Shown: positions 38,209 to 50,200 of the stretch, piece after piece
How positions within the stretch are numbered: the first letter of the stretch is position 1
How the letters are laid out: the number at the start of each line of letters is the position of its first letter
NCBI GenBank assembly: GCA_040954595.2
Contig: CM082593.2
Span: 8,689,200-8,753,199, forward strand
Length of the DNA: 64,000 nucleotides
Direction: 5' to 3'
DNA from: Balanoglossus misakiensis
Lineage: Eukaryota; Animalia; Hemichordata
Translations under genes and position numbers: made by a program
The notes under the pieces: model-generated
The model's database searches: none
What the model saw: the letters and a program-made list of their open reading frames with translations, nothing else
What the model was told of the DNA's origin: nothing

Positions 38209-41200
38209 GTAAGCGACCTTCTGGACATATGCACAGATTGGATTTGTCATGAATATTGTTAATCCATCCGGTTAATCCATATTGATTATGAACTTTGCCA
38301 TTACGAACCGTAAGGCGTAACACGAGGTTCAACAATTACATTCTAAAGAAAATCTCAGTTAGTATTTCAATCAATTACATGTAAATTAGGAACAAGTGAG
38401 GACTATGATATTTGCGGGTAGTCTAGTAAAGCGTACGACTCGATCGATCTTTCGAGCGGCCAACGGGGTCTGACCATGGAGGTACTAGAGAGAAGGAGCG
38501 AGGACGCTATTGTTTCCTATGAACCCCATGTGCGTTTTAATCTGTTTGCAGATGACATTAGGCTCTCAACCTTTTATCACCTGATAGGCGTTCATTAAAG
38601 CTGTGCGCTTGCGTAGATAAACAAATCATAGCTGGCGTTGCGTCTCTAAGCATAAACAACCGGACCAAACTGCTGTGCCGAACGTCTCTACACTGACAAT
38701 AAGCGCGTTTCCAGTTCCAGATACCCATGACGCTTTGCGCGAGGTCACGGGGTCAAAAGGTAAAACTTTAGGTCAGCGTAGCAGACGACATATTGTAAAC
38801 AAACGTTGCGAGGCGAATTTTTTTGCGAATCTCAGTGAAAACGAACTTTTGAGGTGAGTTTTTACATTGAATAACAAATTTAGTGTGCCATTCAAGGCAT
38901 TTCGAGTCGAATCTCGCATTGTCACTCGAATTTTTGGCGACTTTCATAACTTTTTGCCGACGTGTATTTCCTTAGGCCTGAACGGAAACCGTGAATAGCT
39001 AGGCACGTACACGACTACAGTACAAAACCGTGAGGTCATCATGGTCAAGGCTCGTTTATTCTACCGGAAACTTTAAATGTAATGACAGCGGTAGTGCTTG
39101 ATTTATTAATATTTTCATGATAATCATGAGTGATTGTACCTATTTTGAAAAAAAACGCTTCTTTATTTTATATTCTATATGAACACCAGGTATTGTTGAC
39201 AGTGTGACTATAACTACATTTTTAATTTATCTCTTGTAGAAAAATGTCATCTCAGAGTATTCATGAGGCTGAGCTAACGTATGACACATTTAAATTATGG
39301 AAGGTGCCAGCTCTCAAAGCATTTCTTCAGAAAAGAGATCTGCCTGTTTCTGGGAGAAAAGAAGAGTTGGTGGCACTAGCATATGCAGCACATATAAACA
39401 AGACACCTTTGGTTACAACAGCCATAGAGAAGGAGGAAACGCGCCAAAGAGAATATAAAATGGCATTGGTCATTTCTGATGGCTGTGTTTTGCCAGATCC
39501 ATTCACCTCTTTGACGTCTGGATGGCAAAATGAAAATACAGCAATGCATATGTGGCCCCCAACTATGATAACGGATATCCAAAATTACTTGCAGGAACAT
39601 GAGACTGATATCAGCAAGACCAATTTATCGAAAAGGCTGTTAAATGATTACAAAGAGGGCAAGGCATTTAGTTATTTCTCCTCACAGTTTCTTTTTGAGG
39701 TTTATTACCACCACATCTCCGAAGATAGTCCATACTGTTTCCTGAAATCCAAATGTACACCATCACAAAGACTGGCAGATTGTGCCCATGAACTGTGGGT
39801 TGCTATTGAGAAAGAGACGGGAGTGATTAAAAGTTCACATTGTACTTGTGTAGCTGGGTGAGTACCTTTACATATTTTTTTAATGGGAAAAACTATATTT
39901 TTTCACTGACCTATGCTGTTATATCAGCATTTTGACATTTTAAATTCTACTTACTAGTCTCAATAAAAATTAAGTGACTCTGATAAATAATTTATACTAA
40001 CTCAAGTATAAAAACTGCACAATAACTTATTTTTATTCATATATTGTTAATATTAGTCTGAATAATTTTATTATGTCTTCAATATTTCTCTTTATGCCAC
40101 ATATTTGGCTCAAAGTTCTCAAATTAACCAACCAAAGTAGTTTAATATTTAACGAATGCTCTCTCTTTGCTTTGTATTGTATTGTACAGATATGGTAAAT
40201 CATGCAATCATGTGGCAGCAGTACTTTTGAAAATTGACTTCTGTTGGAAGTATGGTTATGTGGTCAAGTCACAGACATCTCTACCCTGTACATGGAGAGG
40301 ATCTGGTAAAACTCTTCTTGTTCAACCAGTACCAATAAAAGAAATGGAATGGAAATCCCCACATGCTGATAAATCTGGTACACCAATCTTATTTAGATAA
40401 TTTCTGAAAACATTAAAGGTATACGGTCACCTATGGAAAATAAGCTATAGTTACCATGGCAAAATGAGATCTAGCCAATCACAAATTTTCATTGGGTGGC
40501 ACACGCGAAAACAAGAGCGCCACCATATGTTCTTTAGAAGGCTCTAATACGCAATTTCAGCCATACATGAGTGATGTAAATTGGAGGTGATTGTATACCT
40601 TTAAATTGCAATCTGTAGTATCTCTGTTGCCATCAATGGCATATTACCATGTAATATTCACCTAATTTAATTTGAAGTCCTTTACAAAACCTAATGAACA
40701 GCTGATGTAAGAAAAAGTATGGTGTGAAATGCTGTGCAACCAAGTCTTGTTCTTACTTTCCTGTATGTGTTGTATGTATGTATGTGTGTGGGGGGGTGGG
40801 GGGGGGGGGGTATCCTATACATACCGGTATATACTTTGGCTTCCATACAATTTCAACCTGATGAAGTGGGATTAAGCCCATGAAACGCCGGAATATAAAA
40901 TTAGTTTGTAGTGAACTGAAGAACATTGTGTCCAAGAGTTGGTGCTACTTGACCACTTCATTTAATATTATTGGTCAATACATGAATATGTATTTGATAT
41001 TATTTTTTCAGATCACACAAGCACCATTAATCCTGCTGTGAAGTCATTGTTTGTGCCACACAAGAGGAATAAAGACAAGGGGATGACATTTCAAACTTTC
41101 CTTGAAAATGCTAAAGTTGTATCTCCAGGTTCTGTCATATTTTCTGAAACATCTACAGAGAGAGACACTTCTTTTGACAATTTGAGCCAGTCATCTGTTG

Positions 41201-44200
41201 GTAATTTTCCAGCACCATTGCCCCCTACACTTCATGACTTGTTAAGTTTCTCAGATATTACTGATATTTGTGATTTACCAAAGTACAGTAATGAAACAGT
41301 GTCAGCTATTGAAAATAGTACAATTGGGCAAAGTGAAAATGAGATTTGGATTGAAAACAGAAAAGGGCGTATAACTGCATCTAATTTTCACTCTGTGTAC
41401 ACTAAAGTGAACACAATTCAGATGGCCGAAAATCCAAAATCAATCGAGACAAAGTCCTTATCTTGTAGGCTACTTGGATGTGTTTCTCCCAATCCAAACA
41501 TTGGGTCACTCAAGTTTGGGAGACGTATGGAGTCAGTGGCTAAAAGTAACTATTTGAAAATTATGAAAGGAAATGGTCACAAAAATATCCATCTCTTTGA
41601 ATGTGGTCTATTTGTTGATAAAAACAATATATTTCTGGGAGCAAGCCCTGATGCAATAGTCAAATGTGACTGTTGTGGTATTGGTCTGTTGGAATGCAAA
41701 TGTCCTATATCAGTATCAGATTCAGTACCAAGTCATACCAATTTAATTTACCTAACATCTGCTAATGGTGTAACAAAACTCAAACATACTTCTTCATATT
41801 ATAGCCAGGTTCAAGGTCAAATGGCAATTGCTGAAAAAAAGTGGTGTGATTTTTTTGTTTATTCTATGCATGGATACCACTTAGAAAGGATAACATTTGA
41901 CCATGATTATTGGAAAAAAATTGTAAAAAATCTGGCATATTTCTACAATCACCATTTATTGAATGAAATTAAGTCCCACACCTGCAAATGGACAGCCTCT
42001 GCTGTGGAATTATGATTATATATATCCATGATTCCTCTGCAAAATGATACATCATTTATGTATTTTAATATTTTAAGTGTGTAAAACTTAATAAAATCAT
42101 GTTAATTTGACAGTATGTTTTTGACTTTTCATTCCACAATGACAATGTTTAATCTCCATCCTTAAAATATGCATAATATCGAATGAAATACTTCTCGTAG
42201 TTATATGCCCAACAACCCAGTGTAGAGAACGTATGGATAGGCAGACCGCCTTCTGCTGGGATTTCTTTGAGTAGTCTTCAACTAAACAGGGGAAATAACT
42301 TACATAACCCAGAGCTGCAGTAACGTACATCTTTTATTTTCATATAAAAAAAACTTTATCGCACTAATGGTGGTAAAAAATTACATAATGCAGCACATAC
42401 AGTGATGACATCATCTATTACTGGTATCAAAGAAATTGGGTAAGTATTTTGTAAAATCCTAAAATGTTTAAACCTGTTAATAGCCCTTTCCACGTGTATT
42501 CTCAAATTTGCAATTTTTTTCGTCATTTTAACCTCACTTTCAGTTTGTTGTTCTTTCCCCCTTACCCCAGGTGGTATTATAAGTTTTGCCCCCCTGATCA
42601 AAAAATCTTGTTTCAATGTGAAACCTTTATCAGCCAAATGCTGATCGCCTTGTTCAACAAAATCCAAAAACCCAGAATTCCTCACAATATAATTATCGGA
42701 AGTTCTCCCACCCCAGGCTCCAGAAATAAAACTAATTGACCCCCTTGGTGAACAAGAAACCAGCAATTTGGCTGTGTTATGCTTCTTATAATCTGACCAG
42801 GTTTGAGCTTGCAGCTTCAAGTCCCTAGGCCTCTCAATAAATATTTCCGTGCAATCTAATATGCTGACGAGTCTGGGAAAATGTTTCTGAAAACACTTTG
42901 GAAGGTTTGGCAAAACATACTCTTTAGGTTGATAACGTATCATTTGTTTCAACTCTTTAGAGAGAACTTTGACCCATGTATTGAAAATTCTACTCGCATG
43001 TGCAGGTGAAATGTTGAAACGATCAGCCAGGTCTTTATTTAAAAGACCCAATCTCAACTTCATAAGGACAAGAAGCATTTCATCCTTTCCACCCAGTTTT
43101 CTTTGGGGACCAAACTTTTTGGGTGATTTATTAAACTTCCTTGGGACTTTTGTGCTAATAATATTTTTCACACCATACCAATATCTCATTTTCCTGGTTT
43201 TCGGATCAATGTAATCAAAAATTAAATTGAAAAGAGCAATGCTTGGTAGACCTGTGTAAAATTTACATTTCGAATCATCTTTCAATAATTTTTCAAACAT
43301 ATGTTTTCCATTTTCACTGATTTTTTGCTCAACTGACTTTTTCATTCTAATCAATTCTTCAAGGTCTTGAATTTTATTTAGCAAATCCTTGATTGTCTCA
43401 TTTTTTTCATGACACCCCAAACAATTACAATCTTGACTACAGTCACAAGATCTAAAGTAAGAGTGGTCATCTAGATGTGAAGAATTTCCACTTGATGATG
43501 AAGTGTCTGCAGCATTTTTGTGTTCACAGTCAACTAATATTTCACTAGCGTTCTCATCTTTTTTTGGTGATTCCTCAGTGGACAAAACAGATGAACTTGA
43601 AGGGTTGCTTGAATTTGGATTGTGTTCTCTCTCTACTGGCCTTTCAACTGTTTTCCTTTTCTTTGGAACTGCGGAACAACACGTGGACCTCTCTATTTTT
43701 CGCCTTGTTTGCTTTAGTTTTACAGGATAACCTAGGTGTAGAGTTGGATTTGGGTTTTCTTGGGTGGGTTTGCTGTCAACAAAGTGCTGTGAACAAACTC
43801 GACTGTATGTGTTTGGTTCCCAAATCTTTCCTGTAGTAGCATCTTTAAGGTTGATCAGTCTAATCCACTCTTTCAACACCTCTGTATTGCTTTCTTTGTT
43901 TGGGAAAGGGAATAGCGTAAATGGTGGGTCACAAAAACATCTACCTGTGTCGAATTGACAGTGGTGTATTTGGCAATACTGCCTCCTCCATTGTCTTATT
44001 TTATGGGTATTATTAGTGCACCCATGCACTGCACAGGAACAGGTGGGCATCCCTAAACTTCCTATTCACTCACACGAGAATCTGGTAAAAAAAGAAATAC
44101 CTATATAGTCTATGTCTATGCAATGTTTTATGCCTGCATTGGTCGGTCGTCAACATAATTACATGTCTGCTATATAACACCACACGAACCGATTACGTGC

Positions 44201-47200
44201 CTAGCTATTCACGGCCGTACGTATTGGTGTTTCCGTTCAGGCCTAAGGAAATACACGTCGGCAAAAAGTTATGAAAGTCGCCAAAAATTCGAGTGACAAT
44301 GCGAGATTCGACTCGAAATGCCTTGAATGGCACACTAAATTTGTTATTCAATGTAAAAACTCACCTCAAAAGTTCGTTTTCACTGAGATTCGCAAAAAAA
44401 TTCGCCTCGCAACGTTTGTTTACAATATGTCGTCTGCTACGCTGACCTAAAGTTTTACCTTTTGACCCCGTGACCTCGCGCAAAGCGTCATGGGTATCTG
44501 GAACTGGAAACGCGCTTATTACAATGGCGAATATCGGGCACTTCTCACCATTTCACACTAACAAGACAGCTTGCATCGGGAAGATTGGTTTTCAAATAAA
44601 ACTTATGAACTTGTTGTTTTTTGCTGAACATTGCTACAAACTCAAAATATTCATTTCAAAATCATACTTTTTGGTTGTACAAACAAGAGAAATAACGCTA
44701 CAAGTCTTCCAAGACGTCCGCTTGACACGCTTCCGGTAGTGGTGACGCGCAAACTGTGACCCCTGGATGTTTTAAAAGTCACCGCGCATATGTAGTACCC
44801 TCGTCCGCGATGTGCGCATAACGTTTTTAATATCATAGAAATATTACCCCGTAGATCTTGCAAACCTAACTGTAAAATCGACGGCAACACACAGTGGGTT
44901 CAAAGGACGCTATCGACACAGAAACACAAAGACTTAAGAAGCTTATCACACTTCAGAAGAAAGGGATTTAATCCGCTTAAATCCGTCCTCGCTCCTTCTT
45001 TCTAGTACCTCCATGGTCTGACTTTGTTTGTGGTGCACGGTGTAAATAAAATATTGAATGACGTTTGTAGCCTTCTGACTAAAATTGTGTGTCATTTTTT
45101 CATCTGTGTCAGACCATAAGAGTAGTCCTTAATAATAAGTCCAGGGAAATGAATAGCTGTTTTTATGCGACATTTCAAGATAGATAAAAAAGTGCAAAAT
45201 GTTGCTGATGTAGCGGGTGGTTCTCGCCTGATGAGGTTCTCCGCATTTCATCAGCCAAGCTGAGCAACACCCGTTACAATCATTGCAGCTACACTTTATG
45301 TGGTAAAAAATGTAGAAAGACAGACCAGCCATTATTCCTAAAAGTGTACGGTGTAATTCGATATTCCTGGTATGGAGGTCATGTGCTATGTGTTTAGGTG
45401 AACCAAAAATAGTCTGTAGGCGGGCCTAATCATGACCAAAGCCATGTACTCTGCGTGCTAAAATTTGTAGGTTTTAAGCAGATACAGTATAAAACAGCCT
45501 CATAGACACATATTATTGCTATGTTGGATCCGAGAGCCTGACTAGTTTTGTCATAGACTAGGATTTAGGTTTGATTTGAAAATTGAACTTGTGTAAATAA
45601 ATATAAATTGTAGAGAAGACTTGAGACAGACACTCATTTCAAATGGGCCAAATCACCGCCTCGATTTTCCACCATGGTTTTATCACTGCAAAGTCCTGGA
45701 TATAGATTGCACATAATTGTGATAGACAAAACATTCCCATTAGGGGTTACATTCCATGGCAAGCTGTTGTTTATCATGACCTTGGATGACCCAGTAGACT
45801 CTGTTTGACGTTGACATTCCAATTAAGAAAGATATCCAACCAGCAGCCAACCAGAGAAAATAGCCACAATGTGAATACTTACTTCTTATGTATTTTTTTT
45901 CTGTGACTCCCTTGGGTTGACAGATACATTCACTCCCAGAACAACTTATAGCAAATTCATTAATCTGTGTTAAATTCTACTTCAGTTGTCCTTGGTTGGT
46001 TAGTTGAATTTCAGCTCTCAGAGAATGTTTGAAGACTGTAGTAGTAGTTTTTGAGTCAGTCTGCTCTCCATTCACTGCCCCGAGGCTATCATATGTACTA
46101 CTGACTATGTTGAGACCATAGCAATTAAATAATGTACATGTGTAAATGATTATTTAATGATGAAATTAACAAAATTTGTTTATTAAATTGTTTGTAAAAA
46201 ATTGTCATCATGTAAAATATTTAGTGACTGTTTAAACCTTAGCTTCAAATCTGCTGACTTTCAGTTCTGAAATTCTTAGCGGTAGTTCCACATATCAATT
46301 TGCCCTTTTGACACAGATTATGTGTTTGTGCTGTTTTTAATTATGATAATTCAGTTCCCGTGTCTGTAAGTGAAGACAGCAGGCATTGGAATGAAGGACA
46401 GGACTTACGTGATGTGTACATTCTACACATGTAACTTTGTACCAGCACTCTTCATTGATCTGTTCTATTGGGCAAAAAAGGGCAGTTGTGTTTAGGGTAT
46501 GGTACATGTACTGGTAGAAAGAAAAGCCAGTTTGGTTATTTATCTCTGAAGTGACCCAGGACATGGTACATGTAAATGTAACTATGCGAGAGATAAAATA
46601 CATGTAATGTATCTTATTTGTTCTGCCCTTCCCACTTTATTGATGTACCTCTCACTATGTTAATGATTAACTTCTTGGCTGGAATGAATTGAGTGCATGC
46701 AGCAGACCTGAAGCCAATTATTACATGTATATGGACACTGTTCAACAGCTAATGTTAGACAGTAGATATGATTGTGCAAATTCTAAAATGTAATGTGGTA
46801 GGAAGTAGTGTTACTTTGTTGATTACTTGTGAGGGTTAAAAGTCATAGGTAAACCAGTGTAACTTACACTTTGATATAGAATGGCTGAATGTCATGTGTT
46901 TATGTATTTGAATATTGAAAGAAACCAGAGTTGATAAAATCTAGTGTAACATTACACAGCAATGTTAGTCTATTTGGAAAACAAATCAGTGTCTATCACT
47001 GTTGTAAGATTATGATAAGATAATGAATGAAACTAGTATCATAGCAAATATCATGTATAAACACCCCTGAAATGAAAATGAGACGTGTTCATTGTGTTTT
47101 GCTTTTGGGTGATTATTTTTGAGAGAAAAAAACTTACTGGGTGGGTTAAATTTTAGGCAAGGCTGTCTGTCTGTGCCCATGGCAAAAACTTGCAATTATT

Positions 47201-50200
47201 ACATGTTAACTTGGTATTTGGTGTACAGAAGCATCATATATGATATAGTTATTGTAAATTGGTTTTTAAGCTGATATCTAGAATTATTTTAGGGTAATCT
47301 TCTTTGTCTTTGATGTGGATTTCACTGGTTTGTAATGAAAATGTCACTTTTGAGTCTGCAGCTTTGCTCATTAAAGCCCAGGAAAATCTTTCTCAGGCCT
47401 GATGATGTGAGCAGAGAGTATTTTTGATGACCTGTTTTATCCCACACCCTGTTTGTATGCTTTGTTCTCTCATTGCTGATGTGTACACTTCATCGTACTG
47501 ATGACTACAGCTGGTACACATTAAGTGTGGGTAGTACATGGAATGAATGAGAACAGGTACACAGAGATGAGTGTTGATGGGGTATATGTGTGGTTATTAG
47601 TGTGCCGCTGTTACATTGATAAATCGGCATAAAATAAGACCATTGATGGATGGCAGCTGTGCACAGATGTATAAAGTATACATGTAACTGAGAATACACA
47701 TGTATGTCAATTTTTCAGCTTTTTATAAAACAAAGACTTAAAGGGACAAAGTCTCTCTCTCGCTGCCCTTTTTTCCATTAAAGCCCCAGTATTTCTCGTG
47801 TGTATCCATTTTTCATCATTGAAAAATGCCCGTTTTTCCTGTACATTCATCATGGAATACTATATAATGAAGATAGAAGAAAGGTTTGGGCAACTGTAGC
47901 TACGTGCAAGCTGTAAATATTGCCCGTAACACTTGAAATGATGCGCGGGTTTGTTTACAACGGAAATGTTGTACATTGTACATGTCGATCAGCAAACGTG
48001 CCACTTTGACATTTGATGGTCAGACCATTTTCGGATTTGATTTGGTTCCATCGACTGATTTCTCCCATTAAGTTATCTTCCCAAAATTTCGCCGAATTAG
48101 TGCGCATTTCTTCGCTGAGTCGTTAGATTTGGGGCGACTAAACCTCTTCCGCATAGATTCACATTTGAGTGCGCATGCGCACAAGTCACGTGTGTCAACA
48201 GAGCCTGACTTTCTGTCCGGACAGAAAGTCATTCTTCACTCGTTATATTGTAAATTGTATGAGTTTATGAGCAGAGCTGGGGATGATGACTGTTCGATTC
48301 AGTATCAATTATCATCTATTTTTAGAAATTATAGATGCCGTTTCAAACAAAATTTTGCCCCTACGAGAAATACTGAGGCTTTAATTATGTTTGATACAAG
48401 ACACTGTTTATGTTAATGTACATGTGTATATGTAGTGAATGAACGTTCAACCACAAACAACGTCCATCCCACTTGTATGATATGAGAGTAAAAACTCGCC
48501 CAAAATGAATAAATGGTAAAGAACGATTATTCATTTTGGCAAGTTTTTTCACTCATGATTTGATGGTAATTTCAATGGAAGCACTTGCCTTGTAGTTTTG
48601 ACAACAGGATATCTAAATTAAAGCCTGTAGAGCTGCCATATACTTCACATATTTCACATATTTTTTCCACAGTAAATACTTCAAAAAAATTCCCTATCCT
48701 CTAAAATCCTCACCATTATGCCATATTACTTGTATTTACATCGGTTTGTCATCTCTACGCGACGCATACCATGATAGCTGCGTACTGTTGTATGGAGGCT
48801 GATTAAATTTGGGCGGCACTGTTTTAATACATAGCGTGTTCAAATTGCAACATGCAGTCGTAACTGGGCATTGATAAGGTGTTCATGTATACCTATCAGT
48901 AAGCTTATTTAGATGGACCAATTTAAGCTGGAAAATGAAACCATGAAATTAATGCAAAAAGTGGCAGCTCTAGAGGCTCTAAGATAAGCTACCGGATAAA
49001 CTTTGGATAGACAGAAAAAGTCGACTGGAATGGCTGTGGGGTACCGGCCTACCTGGCACTTTTGCTTATTAATTATCAAACCCTAAGGGGTGATACATCT
49101 ATATGAGATTCTGTAGAGTATGACTAAAATTGACTTCAGGACCCAAAGAGTGATTTTGATGTGTTGTTGGTTTAGGCGTGGCACGTATACTTTAACCCAA
49201 GTCTCATTTACAAAATTATCTTTTTGAAGAATGTTCATGTTAATAAATGTATGAGTTTTTAATACTGTGCTCCATTCTACTTTAAGATTTTCATAATTCT
49301 GGTATGCAGTGCATTTTTCTATACATTTTTATATGAAAAAAGTGACATATATCAAGGAAACTTCAGAATTAGACATTTGTAACTTTGGAATTTTATCAAA
49401 AATGACTGTGAGAACAAAAAAAATATTCGTGAATTTATTGGCAAGCAGACCCTTTTTACCCATAATCCCTTGCTGTATAGTTGTTTTCAAGAATACTGGA
49501 TGTGAGATGATGATGTAAGTGGTTTCCATGGTAACCAGCAGCTTCCTGGAGACCACCTCATCAGTCTCTATTCGTATTAACAGAAGAAAAAAAATCAATA
49601 TCTTACAGACGTAAGAATTGTCAGTATCAGCCTTTGTAACTCTGGATTTATATTTAATTGATTTCATTTATTGAAAGCTCCTTGTAACAAACTATTATCA
49701 AAATGAAACCATGAAATTGAATACATTTGTCTTATCAATGGTTTACCAAGTCGAGATGGTTACATGGCCGGTTACCATGGTTATTTGTGATGTCATATTC
49801 TTGACACCATTAAATGTCTCAAAATAGAACACACAGAACCTCCTCATTAGGAGCATTTGAATTGAATGTTTTTTCCAACCATATGTGTGAATTCTCCCAA
49901 GATGTGTGTGAATTTGATCGGGAATTTTAATATGATGAGGTCAAAATATGAAAACATTAATATTGTGTCGCTTAAAAATTGATCATGAAATGCTTTTATA
50001 CAAAATACTTAGGATTAAGAGGTTTTAGGAATTTCTAAGCAAATGTTCATTCAAATGTCAAAACTGTGCGCATATTTGTTTGTGCTGGTGAGTGGGCCTC
50101 TTTGGGAAGGGTAATCAATAAACACAGCGTTTGAATTTCAAATGTTTGAAGTGCTAAACTGAATAGTGCTTAACTGAATAGTCATATAGTTATATTTAAG

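Larger units (their letters stand above)
38701..44517. mobile_element. ISL2EU-type (PIF/Harbinger-related) autonomous DNA transposon, 5817 bp
   Basis: TIRs 38701-38989 / 44229-44517 (289 bp, no mismatch seen), extending ~20 bp further past a ~15-bp indel; AT TSD at 38699-38700 and 44518-44519; convergent THAP-DDE transposase and YqaJ-exonuclease genes. Confidence 0.92.
38475..45015. mobile_element. P-element-like non-autonomous element (~720 bp of own sequence) split by the ISL2EU insertion
   Basis: 32-bp TIRs catggaggtactagagagaaggagcgaggacg (38475-38506) / 44984-45015 with 1 mismatch; 7-bp TSD gtctgac at 38468-38474 and 45016-45022. Superfamily inferred from CA..TG ends and TSD length. Confidence 0.75.
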
